64,000 bases of DNA from the human T2T-CHM13v2.0 reference genome, Homo sapiens. A program made the translations under genes and the position numbers. The stretch lies in assembly GCF_009914755.1 (NCBI RefSeq), contig NC_060947.1. One strand, 5' to 3'. The notes beneath the pieces are model-generated. The model saw only the letters and a list, made by a program, of their open reading frames with translations. It was not told the origin of the DNA and made no database searches. This document shows positions 16,790 to 31,079 of the stretch, piece after piece. Position 1 is the first letter of the stretch, and each line of letters begins with the position of its first letter.

Positions 16790-16844
16790 CAACATCGTGT
16801 GTCCAGTTGCTGATGTAACAATCCATTACGTTTCTTGGCGTTTT
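16790..16844 (-). pseudogene. Candidate exon remnant (55 nt)
   Basis: tcatttatttgtAG | AAAACGCC...GATGTTG | GTGGGT; open in two frames. Confidence 0.35.
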
Positions 16845-16892
16845 CTACAAATAAATGACATATAATTTCACTTGAGTTTACTGTGTGCACCA

Positions 16893-17176
16893 TTTAAAAA
16901 AATATGTATTTACTTATTTTTTGAGATGGAGTCTTGTTCTGTCTCCCAGGCTGGAGTGCAGTGGCACGACCTCGGCTCACCGCAAGCTTCGCCTCCTGGG
17001 TTCGAGCAATTTTCCTGCCTCGCCCTTCTGAGTAACTAGGACTACCGGCGTACACCACCATGCCCGGCTAATTTTTGTATTTTGGGTAGAGACAGGGTTT
17101 CACCATGTTGGCCAGGCTGGTCTCTAATGGCCTCCCAAAGTGTTAGGATTACAGGCATGAGCCACTCAGCTCGGCC
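16893..17176 (-). mobile_element. AluS with left-arm internal deletion; TSD TGTGTGCACCA
   Basis: Alu consensus; TSD at 16882-16892 and 17177-17187. Confidence 0.93.
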
Positions 17177-17818
17177 TGTGTGCACCACTTTTTTAAAGGC
17201 ATAAGTTAAAGATATCAACTGCATTATGAGTTAAAGTGTGAAAGACTTTTGTCAAATGTTTGAAACTTTTTTTTATGAATTGGCCAGTTAAACTCTTATA
17301 TTGGATATTAATTAATTAACATATATCAATCAATAAGGATATCAATTGTAGTTAGCATTTGGTTAACACTATGTTTTAATAACTTTATACATTAATCTAT
17401 TTGGGGCTTAACAAGAGTCTCATAAAGTGGATGTTATTATTACTCTATTTTTCAGATACAAAGATGGAGAGACTCAGAGATACCTGAATCTAAGGAATCT
17501 TGACTCTAGAATTTGTTCTCCTAATCCAGAGTTTGGACTGAGTGGAGAAATAGTTCATCGCTAATTTCATACCAGAAACTTGGGATTGTAAGGAGAAGGC
17601 TAAGCACTTCCAACATTATTGAGAGGGAAGTATTTTAACTTTAAAAAATTATAGAATTGTCAAAATACAATAAAGCTTAAACATCCATCATAGTTTTATT
17701 TGTTCTATAATACAAAATTCACTTTTTTCATCAAAATGAAAAACTGATTATTGTACCATCAAAGTCATTCCTGACTCTTCAACATACATTTGTTTTCACC
17801 ATACAAGTTATATGTGGG

Positions 17819-17945
17819 AGCCAGGCACAGTAGCTCACACCTGTAATTCCAGCTGCTTGGGAGGCTGAGGCAGGAGGATCACTTGAGGCCAGGACTTCCA
17901 GACCAGCCGAAAGGACATAGTGAGATCCTATCTCTTAAAACAAAT
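17819..17945 (+). mobile_element. FLAM / Alu monomer
   Basis: 'gccaggcacagtagctcacacctgtaattccagc...gagatcctatctcttaaaa', single arm, flanked by ttatatgt. Confidence 0.85.
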
Positions 17946-19344
17946 TATATGTAGTCAGGATGAATATTTCAAAGGAAAAATAGTAGGAAAATACAAGTAT
18001 AAGCACACTATCTCACTGCCATTTTTCCCACAGTGGTAACAACCATGAAGAATTGCTTTCCAAATACAAAGTATTCAGCAACTTACTTTCCTTATAAGCA
18101 TATACAGATTCATCATATATCAGTCTGTCTCATTTATAGTGGCTGAATTTTTTCATTGTATACATGTCTCACAATTTATTTAAGCAGCCTCCCTTATGGT
18201 CAAAAGGCATGTGCATTTTAATTTTGATTGCAATTGTACAATTGTTCTCCAAGAAGATTACTTCAAACTCACCTCCTAGCAACAAAGTATAGAAGTGCCT
18301 CTTTCTGTCATACTCATAAAAACTGAGTATAATCAAAATTTTTATATTCAGCAATTCAAAGTTGCTATCTTATTGCTGTTTTATTATATTTCTTAGATTA
18401 TAAGTATGGCTGAACATCTTTATATACGTTTTTAAGACATTTGCTCTTTTGTATGAACTGCTCTTTCATATTTCTATTTGATTATGTTACTTTTTCTGAT
18501 TATTTTAAAATAATGCAGATAGCTCTTTTCCATTCACTAGTTTTTTAGTCTATGTTATAGAGACATGATTTTAAAATCCCGACTCAGTGAATAATAGCAG
18601 AGATATGTCCAATGAGTAGTGACAGAAAAACAAGACAGAGTGAAACGTTCTTTGAAATTCCATCCTAGAGTATAAGATACTTTGTAAGATTGTAGGATAA
18701 AAATGAAAATAGTAGCAAAGAAGTGACTCTGCTTCACTGACTATTTAATAATTCACTACAGTTGAAGTATAGTCCAGGAGAGGTTTGCCAGGGAATCTAT
18801 AGTCGATGAACATTTCATACTTTTTTTCACCCATAAACTTATTTATATGGGAGAATTTGGGGGAGATTTTTTCTAGATTCTTCCTATTAGCATCAATATC
18901 TTAATGTATTTTGAATTTCAGTATCTATACAATTTGTATCTGACAGTCATGAAAATAAACACAATAAGTAATTACATATTATATTGTGATTCATATCCTT
19001 CCAATAGTAGAAATGCATTTCTATGTATTTGAAAAAAATACAGCATATATATATATATAAATCTCTAAAATTCAGATTTGTGTGTGAAAATATTAGTAGC
19101 AGCAAGTAAAAAAAAAATGCAAGTTGTATATGGTTTAAGCCTAGGGACTGAGTAACACAGTTACAAAAAAATTCCGAGATATAATCATCCTCACCACCAG
19201 CACCACGTTCACGGTCCCCCAAACCTAGCAGTTAAGCATATGCTCCAAGGACACACACATCTAGGCATTTATTTATATTACAGCTTTCTCTGAGACTGGG
19301 GTTGAGTAAGTGAGTCAGCAGAGAATGTCACTCTACTATCACAT

Positions 19345-20170
19345 AGTCTATTTTCTCTGGCTGCTTTCAATATTTTGTCTTGGTCTCTGGTTTTGAGCAA
19401 TTTTATTGTGACATGTCTTGGTTAATTTTCTTCAGGTTTATTTGAGTTTCTTGTATATGTAGGTTTATAGTTTTTATCAAATTAGGAAAATTTCCAGACA
19501 TTATTTATTCACATTTTTGGTCTCAGCCTCTCTTTCCTTTCCTGCAGGAAGTGTAATTAAAAATATGTTAGTCCTCTTGAAATTATCCCACCATTCACAG
19601 ATGCTCTTCTTATTTTTAAATATTTTTTCTGTTTCATTTTGAATAGTTTCTGCAGCTATGTCTTAAATTTCACTAATATATTTGTCAATGTGTAATCTGC
19701 CTTTTATCCCATCCAGAATATCTTTTATCTTAAAAGTTACAGTTTTCATTTCAAATATTGTGTTCTTCATGTCAAGAAATTCAGTTTGAATCTTTTTCAC
19801 ATCTTCCATGTGTCTTAACTTTTTAAGCATACAGAATACATATGTGCATACACACACACAGATATATAGTTGCCCTTTGCTCATTCTAACATATGTGTCA
19901 GTTATGGGTGATTTTCAGTTGACTGATTTATCTTCTCATTATGGGTCCACATTTTCCTTCTTTGCATGACTGGTCATTTTCTTGCTGGAAAACAGACATT
20001 ATGAATGTTACACTGTTGAGTGCTGAATAACTTTTTGGTCCTATAAATATTATTTTAGTTTCATCCTAGGTGGCAGTTATTTTGAAATAACATGATCTTT
20101 TTGGTGTTTCTATTAAGATTTGTTAGGAAAATAGTAATGCTCATTCTAGGACTAATTATTCCTTACTACT
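19345..20170 (-). mobile_element. Old L1M (ORF1 region, antisense)
   Basis: 'ttctctggctgctttcaatattttgtctttggtctctggttttgagcaattt' and 'tcaaattaggaaaatttccagacattattt'. Confidence 0.7.
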
Positions 20171-20183
20171 GAGAGAATACTGG

Positions 20184-20900
20184 GAAGTGTCTGTTCATGT
20201 CCTTTGCCCACTTTGTTCACACCAGTTGGAATGGCTATTATTAAAAAGTAAAAAAATAACAGATGTGGGTAAGGTTGCACAGAAATGGGAATACTTATAC
20301 ACTGTTTGTGGAACAATAGTATGGTGATTCCTCAAGGGGCTAATAGCAGAACTACCATTTGACCCAGCAATCTCATTACTGGGTATATATTCAGACAAAT
20401 ATAAAACATTCTACCATAAAGACACATGCATGTGAATGTTCATTGCAACACTATTCACAATAGGAAAGACATGGAAGCAACCTAAATGGCCATCAACAGC
20501 AAACTGGATAAAGAGAATGTGGTACATATATACCATGGAACCCTATGCAGTGATAAAAAAAAGAATGAGACCATGTCTTTTGTAGGAACGTGGATGGAGC
20601 TGGAGGCTATTATCCTTAGCAAACTAATGCAGGAACAGAAAAGCAAATACTGCATGTTCTCACTTGTAAGTGGGAACTAAATGATAAGAACTTATGAACA
20701 CAAAGAAGAAAACAATAGACACTGGGTTCTACTTGGGGGTGGAGAGTGGGAGGAGGGAGAGAAGCAGAAAAGATAACTATTGTGTACTGGACTTAATACC
20801 TGGGTGTTGAAATAATCTGTACAACACATCTCTGTGACACAAATTTACCTACATAACAAACCTTTACATGTACCCCCAAACCTAATAAAAGTTAAAAAAA
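20184..20900 (+). mobile_element. L1PA15/16-like 3' end with about 30-bp inverted 5' stub
   Basis: Antisense 'gaagtgtctgttcatgtcctttgcccacttt' then sense 3' ORF2/3'UTR ending 'cctaataaaagttaaaaaaa'. Confidence 0.8.
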
Positions 20901-23580
20901 GAGAGAATTAAAAAAATCAAATACGTAAAAGAAGACAATATAACCAATAAGCCAGAAATATGAAGGATCATAAAGGACTATTATGCATTAACATATGCCA
21001 ACAGATTGGATAATCTAAAAGAAATAAGTTAATTTCTTGCCACATAGAATCTACCAATATTCAACTACGAAGAAGTAGAAAATCTGAGCACACCAATAAT
21101 GAGTAAGGAGATTGAATCAGTAATAAAATGTCTCCCATCAAAGTAAGTCCCAGGACCTGATGTCTTCACTACTAAATCCTATCAAACTTTTAAAGAACTA
21201 ACACCAATTCTTCTCAAATGCTTCACAAATATTAAAGAAGAGGAAACACTTCCAGACTCATTTTATGAGGCCAGCATTACCCTGATATCAATGCTGGACA
21301 AAGACACTATAAAAAAAGGTAACTACAGAAAAATATTCCTGATAAACAGAAAGGCAAAAAGCCTAAGAAAATACCAGCAAACTGAATTCAACAGTATACT
21401 AAAATGATTATTCACTATGATCAAGTGGGATTCATTCTAGACAAGCAAGGTGGTTCAGATAAGCAAATCAATAAATGTGGAACATCACATTAATAGAACG
21501 AAGGGAAAAAACCTATAATATTGTTTCAATATATGTAAAAGAGCATTTAAACAAAACATCCTCACACAGTAAAACCTCTCAACAAATTAGGAACAGGATA
21601 ATCATGCTATAACACAGTAACGACCATACATGACAAACCCTCAGCTATAATCATCCTCAACAAGAAAAAGTGAAAACTTTTCCTCTAAGACCTGGAACAG
21701 GATAAAGATGGCCACTTATGCCTCCTCTATTCAACATAGAACTCTTAAGTCTTAGCCAGGGCAATTAGGCAAGAGAACGAAATGAAAGGCATCCAAATAG
21801 GAAAGAAGAAAGTCAAACCATCTCTGCAGATGAAATGATCATAGAAAATCTTAAAGACTCCACCAAAAGTCTGTTAGAACTGATAAACAAATTCACTAAA
21901 GTTTCAGGATACAAAATCAACATACAAAAATCAGTAGTATTTCTATACACTAAAAGCAAACTATCTGAAAAAGAAATAAAGAAAGTAATTTCATTTACAA
22001 TAGCTATAAAAACAAAATAGTTAGAAATAAATTTAACCACGGAAGTGAAAGATCTCTATCCTGAAATCTGTAGAACATTGATGAAAGAAATTGAAGAAGA
22101 CACAAATAAATGAAAAGATATCTAGGCTCATTAATTGGAAGAATTATATTGTTAAAGTTTCCATACTACTCGAAGTGACCAACAGATTGAATACCATAAT
22201 ATCAAAATACCTATTATATTCTTCATAGAAGTATGAAAATCAGTGATTACATTTGTATAGAATCACAAAAATACCAGAAGTAGTCAAAGCAATCTTGAGC
22301 AAAAATAATGAAGTTGAAAGCATCAAACTAGCTGACATCAAAATATGCTGCATAGCTGCAGTAATAAAAACAGTATGGTACTGATATAAAAAAAAAAGAG
22401 AGGCATACGCTATTGGAATAGAAAATAGAGCCCAGAAATAAATCCACACAATGGGAAATGAATGTTCTCTTTAAATGGTGCTGGGTAACTGGATATCCAC
22501 ATGCAGAACAATAAAACTAGGCCCTTATCTCATACTGTATACAAAAATTAACTCAAAATAAGTTAAATAACTTAAATGTAAGACCTCAAACTTTGAAACT
22601 CCTGGAAGGAAACATAGGGGAAAAGCTGCATGACATTGGTCTGAGCAATGATTTTTTTTATATGACCCTGAAAGCACAGACAAAAAAAGTAAAAAGAGAA
22701 AAATGATATTACATTACACTAACAAGCTTCCACAGAGCCAGGAAATCAATAACAGAATAAAGAAACAACTTACACAATGGGAGAAAATAGTTGTATCCTG
22801 TACACCTGATAAGGGGTTAATATCCAAATTACCTGAGTAACTCAACTCAATACCAATAAAATAAGTATCCAATTTTAAAATGGGCCGAGAACCTGAACAG
22901 ACATTTTTCAAAAGAAGATATACGAATGGTCAACTGATTTAAAAAAAAAACAAAAAGTTTAACCACTAATAATCAGGCAAATGCCAATTAAATCTAACAC
23001 ATATGAGGCATCACCTCATATGTGTTAGAATGGCTATTATCAGAACCACAAAAGATTAGTGTTAGTGAAGACATGAAGAGAAAGAAACTCTTGTACACTC
23101 TGTGGGAGTATAAATTGGTACCACTATTATGGAAAACAGAATGGAGGTTTCTCAAAAAATTAAAAATAGAACTACCATATGATCCAGCAGTTCCACTGCT
23201 GAGTACATGTCCAAATAAATCAAGTCAGTAGGTCGAAGAAATATCTGCACTACCATGTTTATTGCAGCATTATTTATAATAGCATTATTTACAAGATATG
23301 GATTCAACCTATCTCTATCAACAGGTGGGTGGATAAAGAAAATGTGGTATATGTACACAATGGAATACTATTAAAAGACAAAAAGGGGAAAAATTCTGTC
23401 ATTTTAAATATGTATGAGCCTGGAGGTCATTATGCCAAGTGAAAAGAATCCAGATATAGAAAGACAAATACCACATGATGTCACTGATATTTTAAAAAGT
23501 TGTTCTCAAAGAATTAGAGAGCGAAATGATAGTTGCCAGAAGGCTGGAGTGGTTGGTGGGGAAGTAGGTAGAGTTTTGGG
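20901..23580 (+). mobile_element. L1MA ORF2 to 3'UTR fragment
   Basis: Degenerate ORF2 peptides (ENLKDSTKSLLELINKFTKVSGYKINIQKS; LKIELPYDPAVPLL). Confidence 0.88.
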
Positions 23581-24378
23581 GAAAAAATTTTAAAAAATCA
23601 ATGTACAATAAAAGTGGCATTTTATATAATAAAAAAAGGAGTGAAATATTTTATACATGTTTGGAAAACTACTAATAAAAATAAGTTTAGACAATCTGTT
23701 TCACACCTTAAACAAAAATAAATTCCAGATAGAGTAAAGCTTTAAATGCTAAAGACAAAACTATAATCATATCAGAAGAATCTCATTGTGTATTTTAATC
23801 CCAGAATACAGAAGAATTTATTAATTATGATACAGAACCCAGAAGCTACAGATAAAATAGCAACCAATTTAACTACATAAAAATGTAAAATGTCTATATG
23901 ATAAAAAGAGAGGCCAAAGATATTTGTAACATTTACGTAAATATATAGTGGTCTCTTAGATCAATAATAAACAACTCTTAGAAATAAATATGGACCAATA
24001 GATGTGTAAAAATTACGTGGGCTCACTAGTAATCAATAAAAAAATTGAAAATAAGATAAAACTGAATAATGAAAATAAAGCATCAGTGAGCTACTGATTT
24101 TTATTCTTTACTTTGGCAAATATTTAAAACATTGATAATATCCACTGTTGAGGAGAATATTGGGAAATAGGTTTCATCATACCAGATTACTGGGAGTATA
24201 ATTTGATAAAGCTTGTTTGAATATCACTTTGACAATATCTATTAAAATTCTTGTGCATGCCTTAGACCAAACTATTTTACTTATGGTATTGTATTTGACA
24301 GAAAAACTTATACACGTACAGTAAGATGTGGTAGAAATTATTGCAGCAATATTTGAAATGTATTTAAAAAGCTAAAAA

Positions 24379-24712
<334 letters not shown>

Positions 24713-25367
24713 TTAAGTAAATTATGGAATATTTAATTTATGGACTATTATGTAGTTTATTGTAAAAAATGTTTTTTTAATCAATAATCAAGTCACTGAA
24801 AAATACATATAGTATGACCTCATTTATGTGTCTGTATATGCATGTATGTGTGTGTGCACACACTTATGGGAGAATCTAGCTGCCTTACAGATCTCCAGTT
24901 CCCCTAAAATCCTTTTGGTACTCTCTTTTGGTGTTTTAAGACAACTCATTTTTAACGTCTCCTTTATACCTTAACATCTTTTAACAGGTTCCTGTTCTTT
25001 GCAGGCAAATAACCCTAAATCAGATTGAGAGTTTGGATTACAGGTAGAGATTTTGTATTGCTTTGTTAGGGAAGAGAAGTCTTGGGCGCAGTGTGGAGTA
25101 ATAAGAATTTAACAGAGAGAAACAGATTAATGGTAGAAAAAGGAGATACATTAAAGAGGTGAAGTTCTAGAAGACACAGAATGTTTAGCCTTAAAAAGAA
25201 AGAAGTTTACATTTTTAACAAGAAGGGAGAAAGACAAATCTAGAACAAATGATCACAATTGCCCCCTGATTTATAAATAGCCTAAAATGTGTTTAAAGTA
25301 CTGACATGTCCATGGGAGTACTATGCTTGTTAAATGAAGGGAGGATCATGAATTATTTTAACCTTAC

Positions 25368-25687
25368 TTGAAGAATTTCTGAATGACTCCATTGGCATTA
25401 CAAGGAACTTCTGGATCCAGAAACTGAAACGAGTACTGAACAATTATTTTAATTCTCCCTTGCCCTTGTCCAATTTATTTTGTGTTTTTTATTGCTACAT
25501 TGTGGAGAGTATTACTGTCTCCAAATAAATGTTTTAATGAGATCAATAGTGGGAATTGGTTTGGATGAAACATAATCTGATCTAACAGGAGGAAATTGGA
25601 TGAAAATAAAGTGTGGTGTGCTGGACCTATCCTTGTCTTCACATTTGTGCCATGAACAGGCAATGAGAGTAAGAAGATTGGAAATTA
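25368..25687 (-). pseudogene. Candidate exon remnant (320 nt)
   Basis: gtcttctcttcAG | ... TTCAA | GTAAGG; one frame reads FPIFLLSLPVHG...NTK*IGQGQGRIKIIVQYSFQFLDPEVPCNANGVIQKFF. Confidence 0.5.
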
Positions 25688-25806
25688 CTGAAGAGAAGAC
25701 ATATGTTTTACTATATTAGTGATAATCTCATAGACCATGTAAGTGGTAAAGAATTTAATCTTGCCTAAAAGACAGTAGCTCCTCTTCCATTTTTCATTAG
25801 ACCTAC

Positions 25807-25992
25807 ATTTTGTGTTTCAGCCATACTGTCGTCTTCTGTGTGTCTTCTCCACTTCTTTTTGTGAAATCACATCTTGCATTTTTATTAATGGGTTTTAGTC
25901 TTTTGTGTGCTATCAAGCAAAATGTGTGTCAGAGATATCAATCCACATTCTGCACTTCAAAGTATTTTTTGGTAGCCATAGGTGAAGGGGAA
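25807..25992 (-). pseudogene. Candidate exon remnant (186 nt, phase 2-2, acceptor reads GG)
   Basis: ttatcttgcttccctGG | ... AAAT | GTAGGT; SPSPMATKKYFEVQNVD*YL*HTFCLIAHKRLKPINKNARCDF. Confidence 0.4.
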
Positions 25993-26194
25993 CCAGGGAA
26001 GCAAGATAAATAACCAGAGATCAGTGAGGGGTCTTATTTCTGAGCTCATGTGAGAGCAGGGGACTAGGTGCCTGTTCCAAGTAGAAAGTTAATCATGTAC
26101 CTGTTCCTTAAATGTGATCTAAGTGAGAGCAGTTCCTTGCCATTATGCATTTGAAGCACGCACACGCAGCCACCCCACTGCCCCCTCCACACAC

Positions 26195-26323
26195 ATAAGT
26201 GAGAGATATGCATCGTTCTCAGTCTCTGTGATAGCTATTTGCCATGACCGCTTCCAAGGTCTTTTTGCTGATGTGCTGTAAGTATTTTTATCATTTGGTA
26301 TAGAAAAGTTAATAGGCTGGTCA
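26195..26323 (-). pseudogene. Candidate exon remnant (129 nt, phase 2-2, open)
   Basis: Very strong acceptor cttcccttcttttctatttctttccatctcccAG; open frame DQPINFSIPNDKNTYSTSAKRPWKRSWQIAITETENDAYLSL; weaker donor GTGTGT. Confidence 0.55.
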
Positions 26324-26738
26324 CTGGGAGATGGAAAGAAATAGAAAAGAAGGGAAGATTTATTTATTCTCCACCCTTTAATTGCCTTAGAATAGCATCA
26401 TTAAGAATCATAAAATGACCTTAACTGTGAATGGATAAGACAGGAAAATAATGTAACCTTTATGTTAGAGTTGCAAGGTAACAAAGAGCTCTAATACAAA
26501 ATAACTTCACAGCATTTATAGTTAAGTCTATGTTTTCTACTCAATGAAAAATAAAATTATGATTAGCAAATGTTTCAGTAAAATTTTCTTTCTTTTTCTT
26601 GACATAGTATACTCAAACCTATAAGGCAGTACCAATTAAACTATAATTCTTTGTAATTTATTCTGATTTTCATTATCAGTTCCTTAATTATTTATCTGCA
26701 ATTGTTTTGTAGTTTTATAATAACTAAGAATAACTAAC

Positions 26739-26827
26739 TATATTATTATTCAATGGATTTGCTCCTTGAGGCCTTTGCTGACCAAGTACTATATATTTTT
26801 ATATATAGCATTTTGTTACTGCAAGTA
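26739..26827 (-). pseudogene. Candidate exon remnant (89 nt, phase 0-2)
   Basis: ttttcttactgcAG | YLQ*QNAIYKNI*YLVSKGLKEQIH*III | GTTAGT; bridges the phases of the flanking candidates. Confidence 0.4.
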
Positions 26828-27320
26828 CTGCAGTAAGAAAATCCTTTGTTCAAAATACCCTAAAAAACATTTTGTTGTATCATTTGCATGTTCATAGTTG
26901 TAAATTAGTGAGGTTTTGGTGTGTGTTATAAATTAACTACCATGTACATAGTTTATTAGCTACCTTCTGTGCTTTGTAAGTGGGATTATCTTTTCATGAC
27001 TTTAAATATAAGAAACATTTAAGTTAATATTGTTATATACAAATGTATTTCCAAAGCTTATTCATTGACATCATTATCATCATCATCACTATCATCCAGT
27101 AATGTTTATTGATTTCCTGTGTGTATTTGCCTTTGTACCAGGCAAACTGTTAATTCTGAAATATTGACCAATATACAAGTAACTTAATAATTAAAGTGTA
27201 GTTTTTTTTAAAAAGTGATACTAAAACAAATCTACTCAAAATTTCTTTTTTCAGCTCAGAAATTACTACCAGAGGGTAGTAATTTACCCTCTGGATTTGT
27301 GCAGGGAAGAGAATTCTCAC

Positions 27321-27432
27321 TTTAATGCTCTCATTGATTCTCAAGGAATTGGTGGCTTAACTGGCTTGCCTTTTCACCAATTTTCTCATATAGCAGAACA
27401 AAAACGGCATTATATGAGGGACTGGAAGCTCA
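27321..27432 (-). pseudogene. Candidate exon remnant (112 nt, phase 2-0)
   Basis: aattttttcttttctAG | ELPVPHIMPFLFCYMRKLVKRQAS*ATNSLRINESIK | GTGAGA. Confidence 0.5.
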
Positions 27433-27696
27433 CTAGAAAAGAAAAAATTACAAAAATAACAGTTTTCATCCCGTAGGATGGCTGTATTATAAGATTTGAA
27501 TGTTTTTTCCAGTTTATTTAAAAAGTTAAATATAAATTTTAAAGACAGTTTTTAAACGTACATTATTCTAGACTTTTAAATTGTGCTACTGTTTCATTTG
27601 ACATTATTAGCATATCCCCCTATAAACTAAATGATACCCGGAAATATGCTTCACCATGTTTATATCTACATAAAGATAATAATAGTAAAAATAAAG

Positions 27697-27932
27697 CAAA
27701 GTTTCTCAACCACAGCACTGTTGATATTTGAGACTAGATAATTCTTTGTTGTAGGGAGCTGCACTTTAGATGAAAGGACATTTACCAGAATTTCTGGCCT
27801 CTACCCACTAGTTGTCAGCATCACCTCCTCCATTCTGCCCACCCCTTCTCAGATTTTCACAACCAAATACGTCTTCAGATTTTGTCAAATGTCTCTCCAG
27901 GGCGCAAAATAACCCATAGTCGTCAATCACTA
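27697..27932 (+). mobile_element. MER20 (hAT-Charlie non-autonomous DNA transposon)
   Basis: 'tttctcaaccacagcactgttgatatttgagactagataattctttgttgtaggg' ... 'aaatgtctctccagggcgcaaaataacc'. Confidence 0.85.
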
Positions 27933-27979
27933 GAATAAAGAAATCTCTGTGTAATTAAGAATTTAAAGCAGTCATTTTT

Positions 27980-28340
27980 TTCAGTATGGCATAATTGTTA
28001 AGATTCTGTATTCTGGATCCAGATTAAGTTTACATACTGACTCCTGACCTTGAGCAAGGTAAACTCTGCACTTCATTTTCTATACATGTAAAATGTGGGT
28101 AATAGTATATTATAGTGCTTAAGAGGGAAGACACTAGAGCCAAACTGCCCAGGTTTGAATATCAGCTCTGCAACTTCTTTGTGACCCTGGAAAAATTATT
28201 TTAACTTCCTGAGCCTCGGTTTCCTGATTTTTAAATGGAATAACAATAGCATCTACCTCATAGAATTGTAATGTAAATCAAATATGTCAATTTAGAGTGC
28301 ATAGATTAGTGACCAGCATGTAATTACTTCTATATTTCTG
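27980..28340. mobile_element. MIR fragments (two)
   Basis: MIR core 'gaccttgagcaag..cttcattttctatacatgtaaaatg' and 'aacttcctgagcctcggtttcctgatttttaaatggaataacaatagcatctacctcatag'. Confidence 0.8.
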
Positions 28341-28853
28341 TTAGCTAATATTATTATTAAAATACTTGAAAGACCAGAGCAACTATGACTCATTGCATAG
28401 CTGCAGTCACTGACACCTTTTTGTGTTAGCTGCTATTTCCATAATCAAGTATATAAAACACACACAAAAAATCAAGTAACAATTTCTGTCCAAAGACCTT
28501 TTGCCTTTTTTACTACCAAAACCATCAAGATGATATTAGTTACCCTACATTTTTAGGTAATTATCTGGCTTTACTTTATCTACCTATTCACAATATATAC
28601 ACTTGATAATACCTTGTACTGGAATGCATAGCTCACTGGTTTCAAGTCAGAAGGCTGGTGTTTTAGTATATGCTCTGTTACAAACTTTGTGATCATAGAT
28701 AAGTCACCAAAGCTTGCCTCAGTTTCCTCTTCTGACAAATGGAAATTATCACCTTGGCCCTATTGATTTTACTGAGAAATTGTGAGGAACATGAGAGTTA
28801 CTAAACATGAAACTGATTTGAAGAGTAATGTACTTTTAAAAAGTAAGGTGGGA

Positions 28854-29262
<409 letters not shown>

Positions 29263-29807
29263 CTAATTGATTTGATATGATACTACCTATTAAAAATAAG
29301 AAAGACAATATAAACAAATCATGAAGTTAAATAATATAAACCAGGTATGATAAAGTTATATGTAATCTGTTTTACCTCAATTTATATGAAGAGTTTTTTA
29401 ATACATATTCTTATATTTAGTCACATTTTTGCTCTGAATGATGTAATCTGTGAATAGGAATGATACAGTATTCAATAAAGTTTTATATGATCAATTTTAA
29501 ATTAGAGAAATATATAAAAAATTAAAACTTTTTAAAAATTATATAGTTTTCTATTTATACTAGGCACATCTCTCCTTTTGAAGTATTGTAAGAGTACAGT
29601 TTAATAGTCTTCTTTTGCACTGAAATTCACATCAATAGGTCTCATTTCTTACAAAATTTTATGGGATACTTTTTAAAGTCTGTTCTGTCAAGATATCATC
29701 CTCAACAACTGTCAGAATAATTCAGACTCCAAAAGATTGAGGCCCAGTGAATACACAGATGCACTGTGGTGATCAAAACAGGTATAAATGACATTTTTTT
29801 TAATTAC

Positions 29808-30137
29808 CATGGAGATGGAGGGACACTGCCCAGTATCAAAATCTTCGTTTTTACATAGGACGAATCCTGCATTATACACAGTAATGGCAGGTCAGAGAGC
29901 TTTATTTCTCACTGCAAACAGGAATGGAAGTGGGCAAGTTTCTTTCTCTACTATATTAGGTAGCAAGGCCACAAACCTAAGGCAGGTACTTGGCCAGGGT
30001 CTTTTTCTCCGTAGAGCTAAGACAAAGAGATTTCCAAAATTAGTGCCATCCTGCAGCAGTGAGAGTGGCCTCTTTAGCAGACACTGCCAAATAAAGGAAG
30101 AACCCTGAGTGATACACCAGTCGGAGTCTATGTCGTT
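29808..30137 (-). pseudogene. Candidate exon remnant (330 nt, phase 0-0, one stop; acceptor reads GG)
   Basis: ccttttaattttGG | NDIDSDWCITQGSSFIWQCLLKRPLSLLQDGTNFGNLFVLALRRKRPWP...RNKAL*PAITVYNAGFVLCKNEDFDTGQCPSISM | GTAATT. Confidence 0.5.
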
Positions 30138-30356
30138 CCAAAATTAAAAGGTATATTACAATTTAATTATATAAAACTCTGAAAATCCTGAAGTTGGTTG
30201 GCATGTAAACAAAGTATTCATATATAGTGAGTTTACAGTAAAGATTCCGAAAGTTTTACCAACATTACCAGGGAAAATTGAAGACGTGAATGTTTACTCA
30301 GTACATATACTGTACTAAGATCTGGTATTAGAATGTCTGTCGCAAAAAGATCATAC

Positions 30357-30469
30357 CCTACCAGAAACTATTTGAGGATGTTCTATAATAGAAATATGTA
30401 GATTTTGTGACATGTCTTGTGAGTACAGAGTATGTCTTGTCAGTACAGAAGAGGGGCAGCCAGACAAAA
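30357..30469 (-). pseudogene. Candidate exon remnant (113 nt = 93 nt plus a 20-bp duplication)
   Basis: cttctcttttcccttctttattAG | ... AGG | GTATGA; removing the duplicate gives open [31 protein letters not shown]. Confidence 0.55.
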
Positions 30470-30542
30470 CTAATAAAGAAGGGAAAAGAGAAGACTTCTT
30501 TGCAGGGTTTGACCCATGAGCAGAGCATAAATGCACCCCATA

Positions 30543-30859
<317 letters not shown>

Positions 30860-31079
30860 CTATATAGGCAGGGTGAGGGCATGAGAGGTAAGATGTACAT
30901 TCTATAAACAGGTATATGCACTGCAGGCATAGCTTCAACCAGAATGAAGAAAACAGGGGCTGATAAATTTTAATTGTCATTGAAAGCTGAGGGTGATTGA
31001 GGTATCCTGTTGAAGAGCACTAGGGGTAGGGTAATAGAAGGCTTTGTTAGGCCTGGACACATAGAAGGTAATCTCTTAC

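Noticed and set aside
24889-25189. Further possible minus-strand exon ending at GTAAGG (24888)
   Set aside because: Acceptor and frame ambiguous; the pyrimidine-rich strand is stop-poor by composition, so it is not listed as a feature
29788-30108. Plus-strand 106-aa ORF
   Set aside because: No recognisable protein or plus-strand splice context; better explained as the antisense shadow of the minus-strand candidate exon
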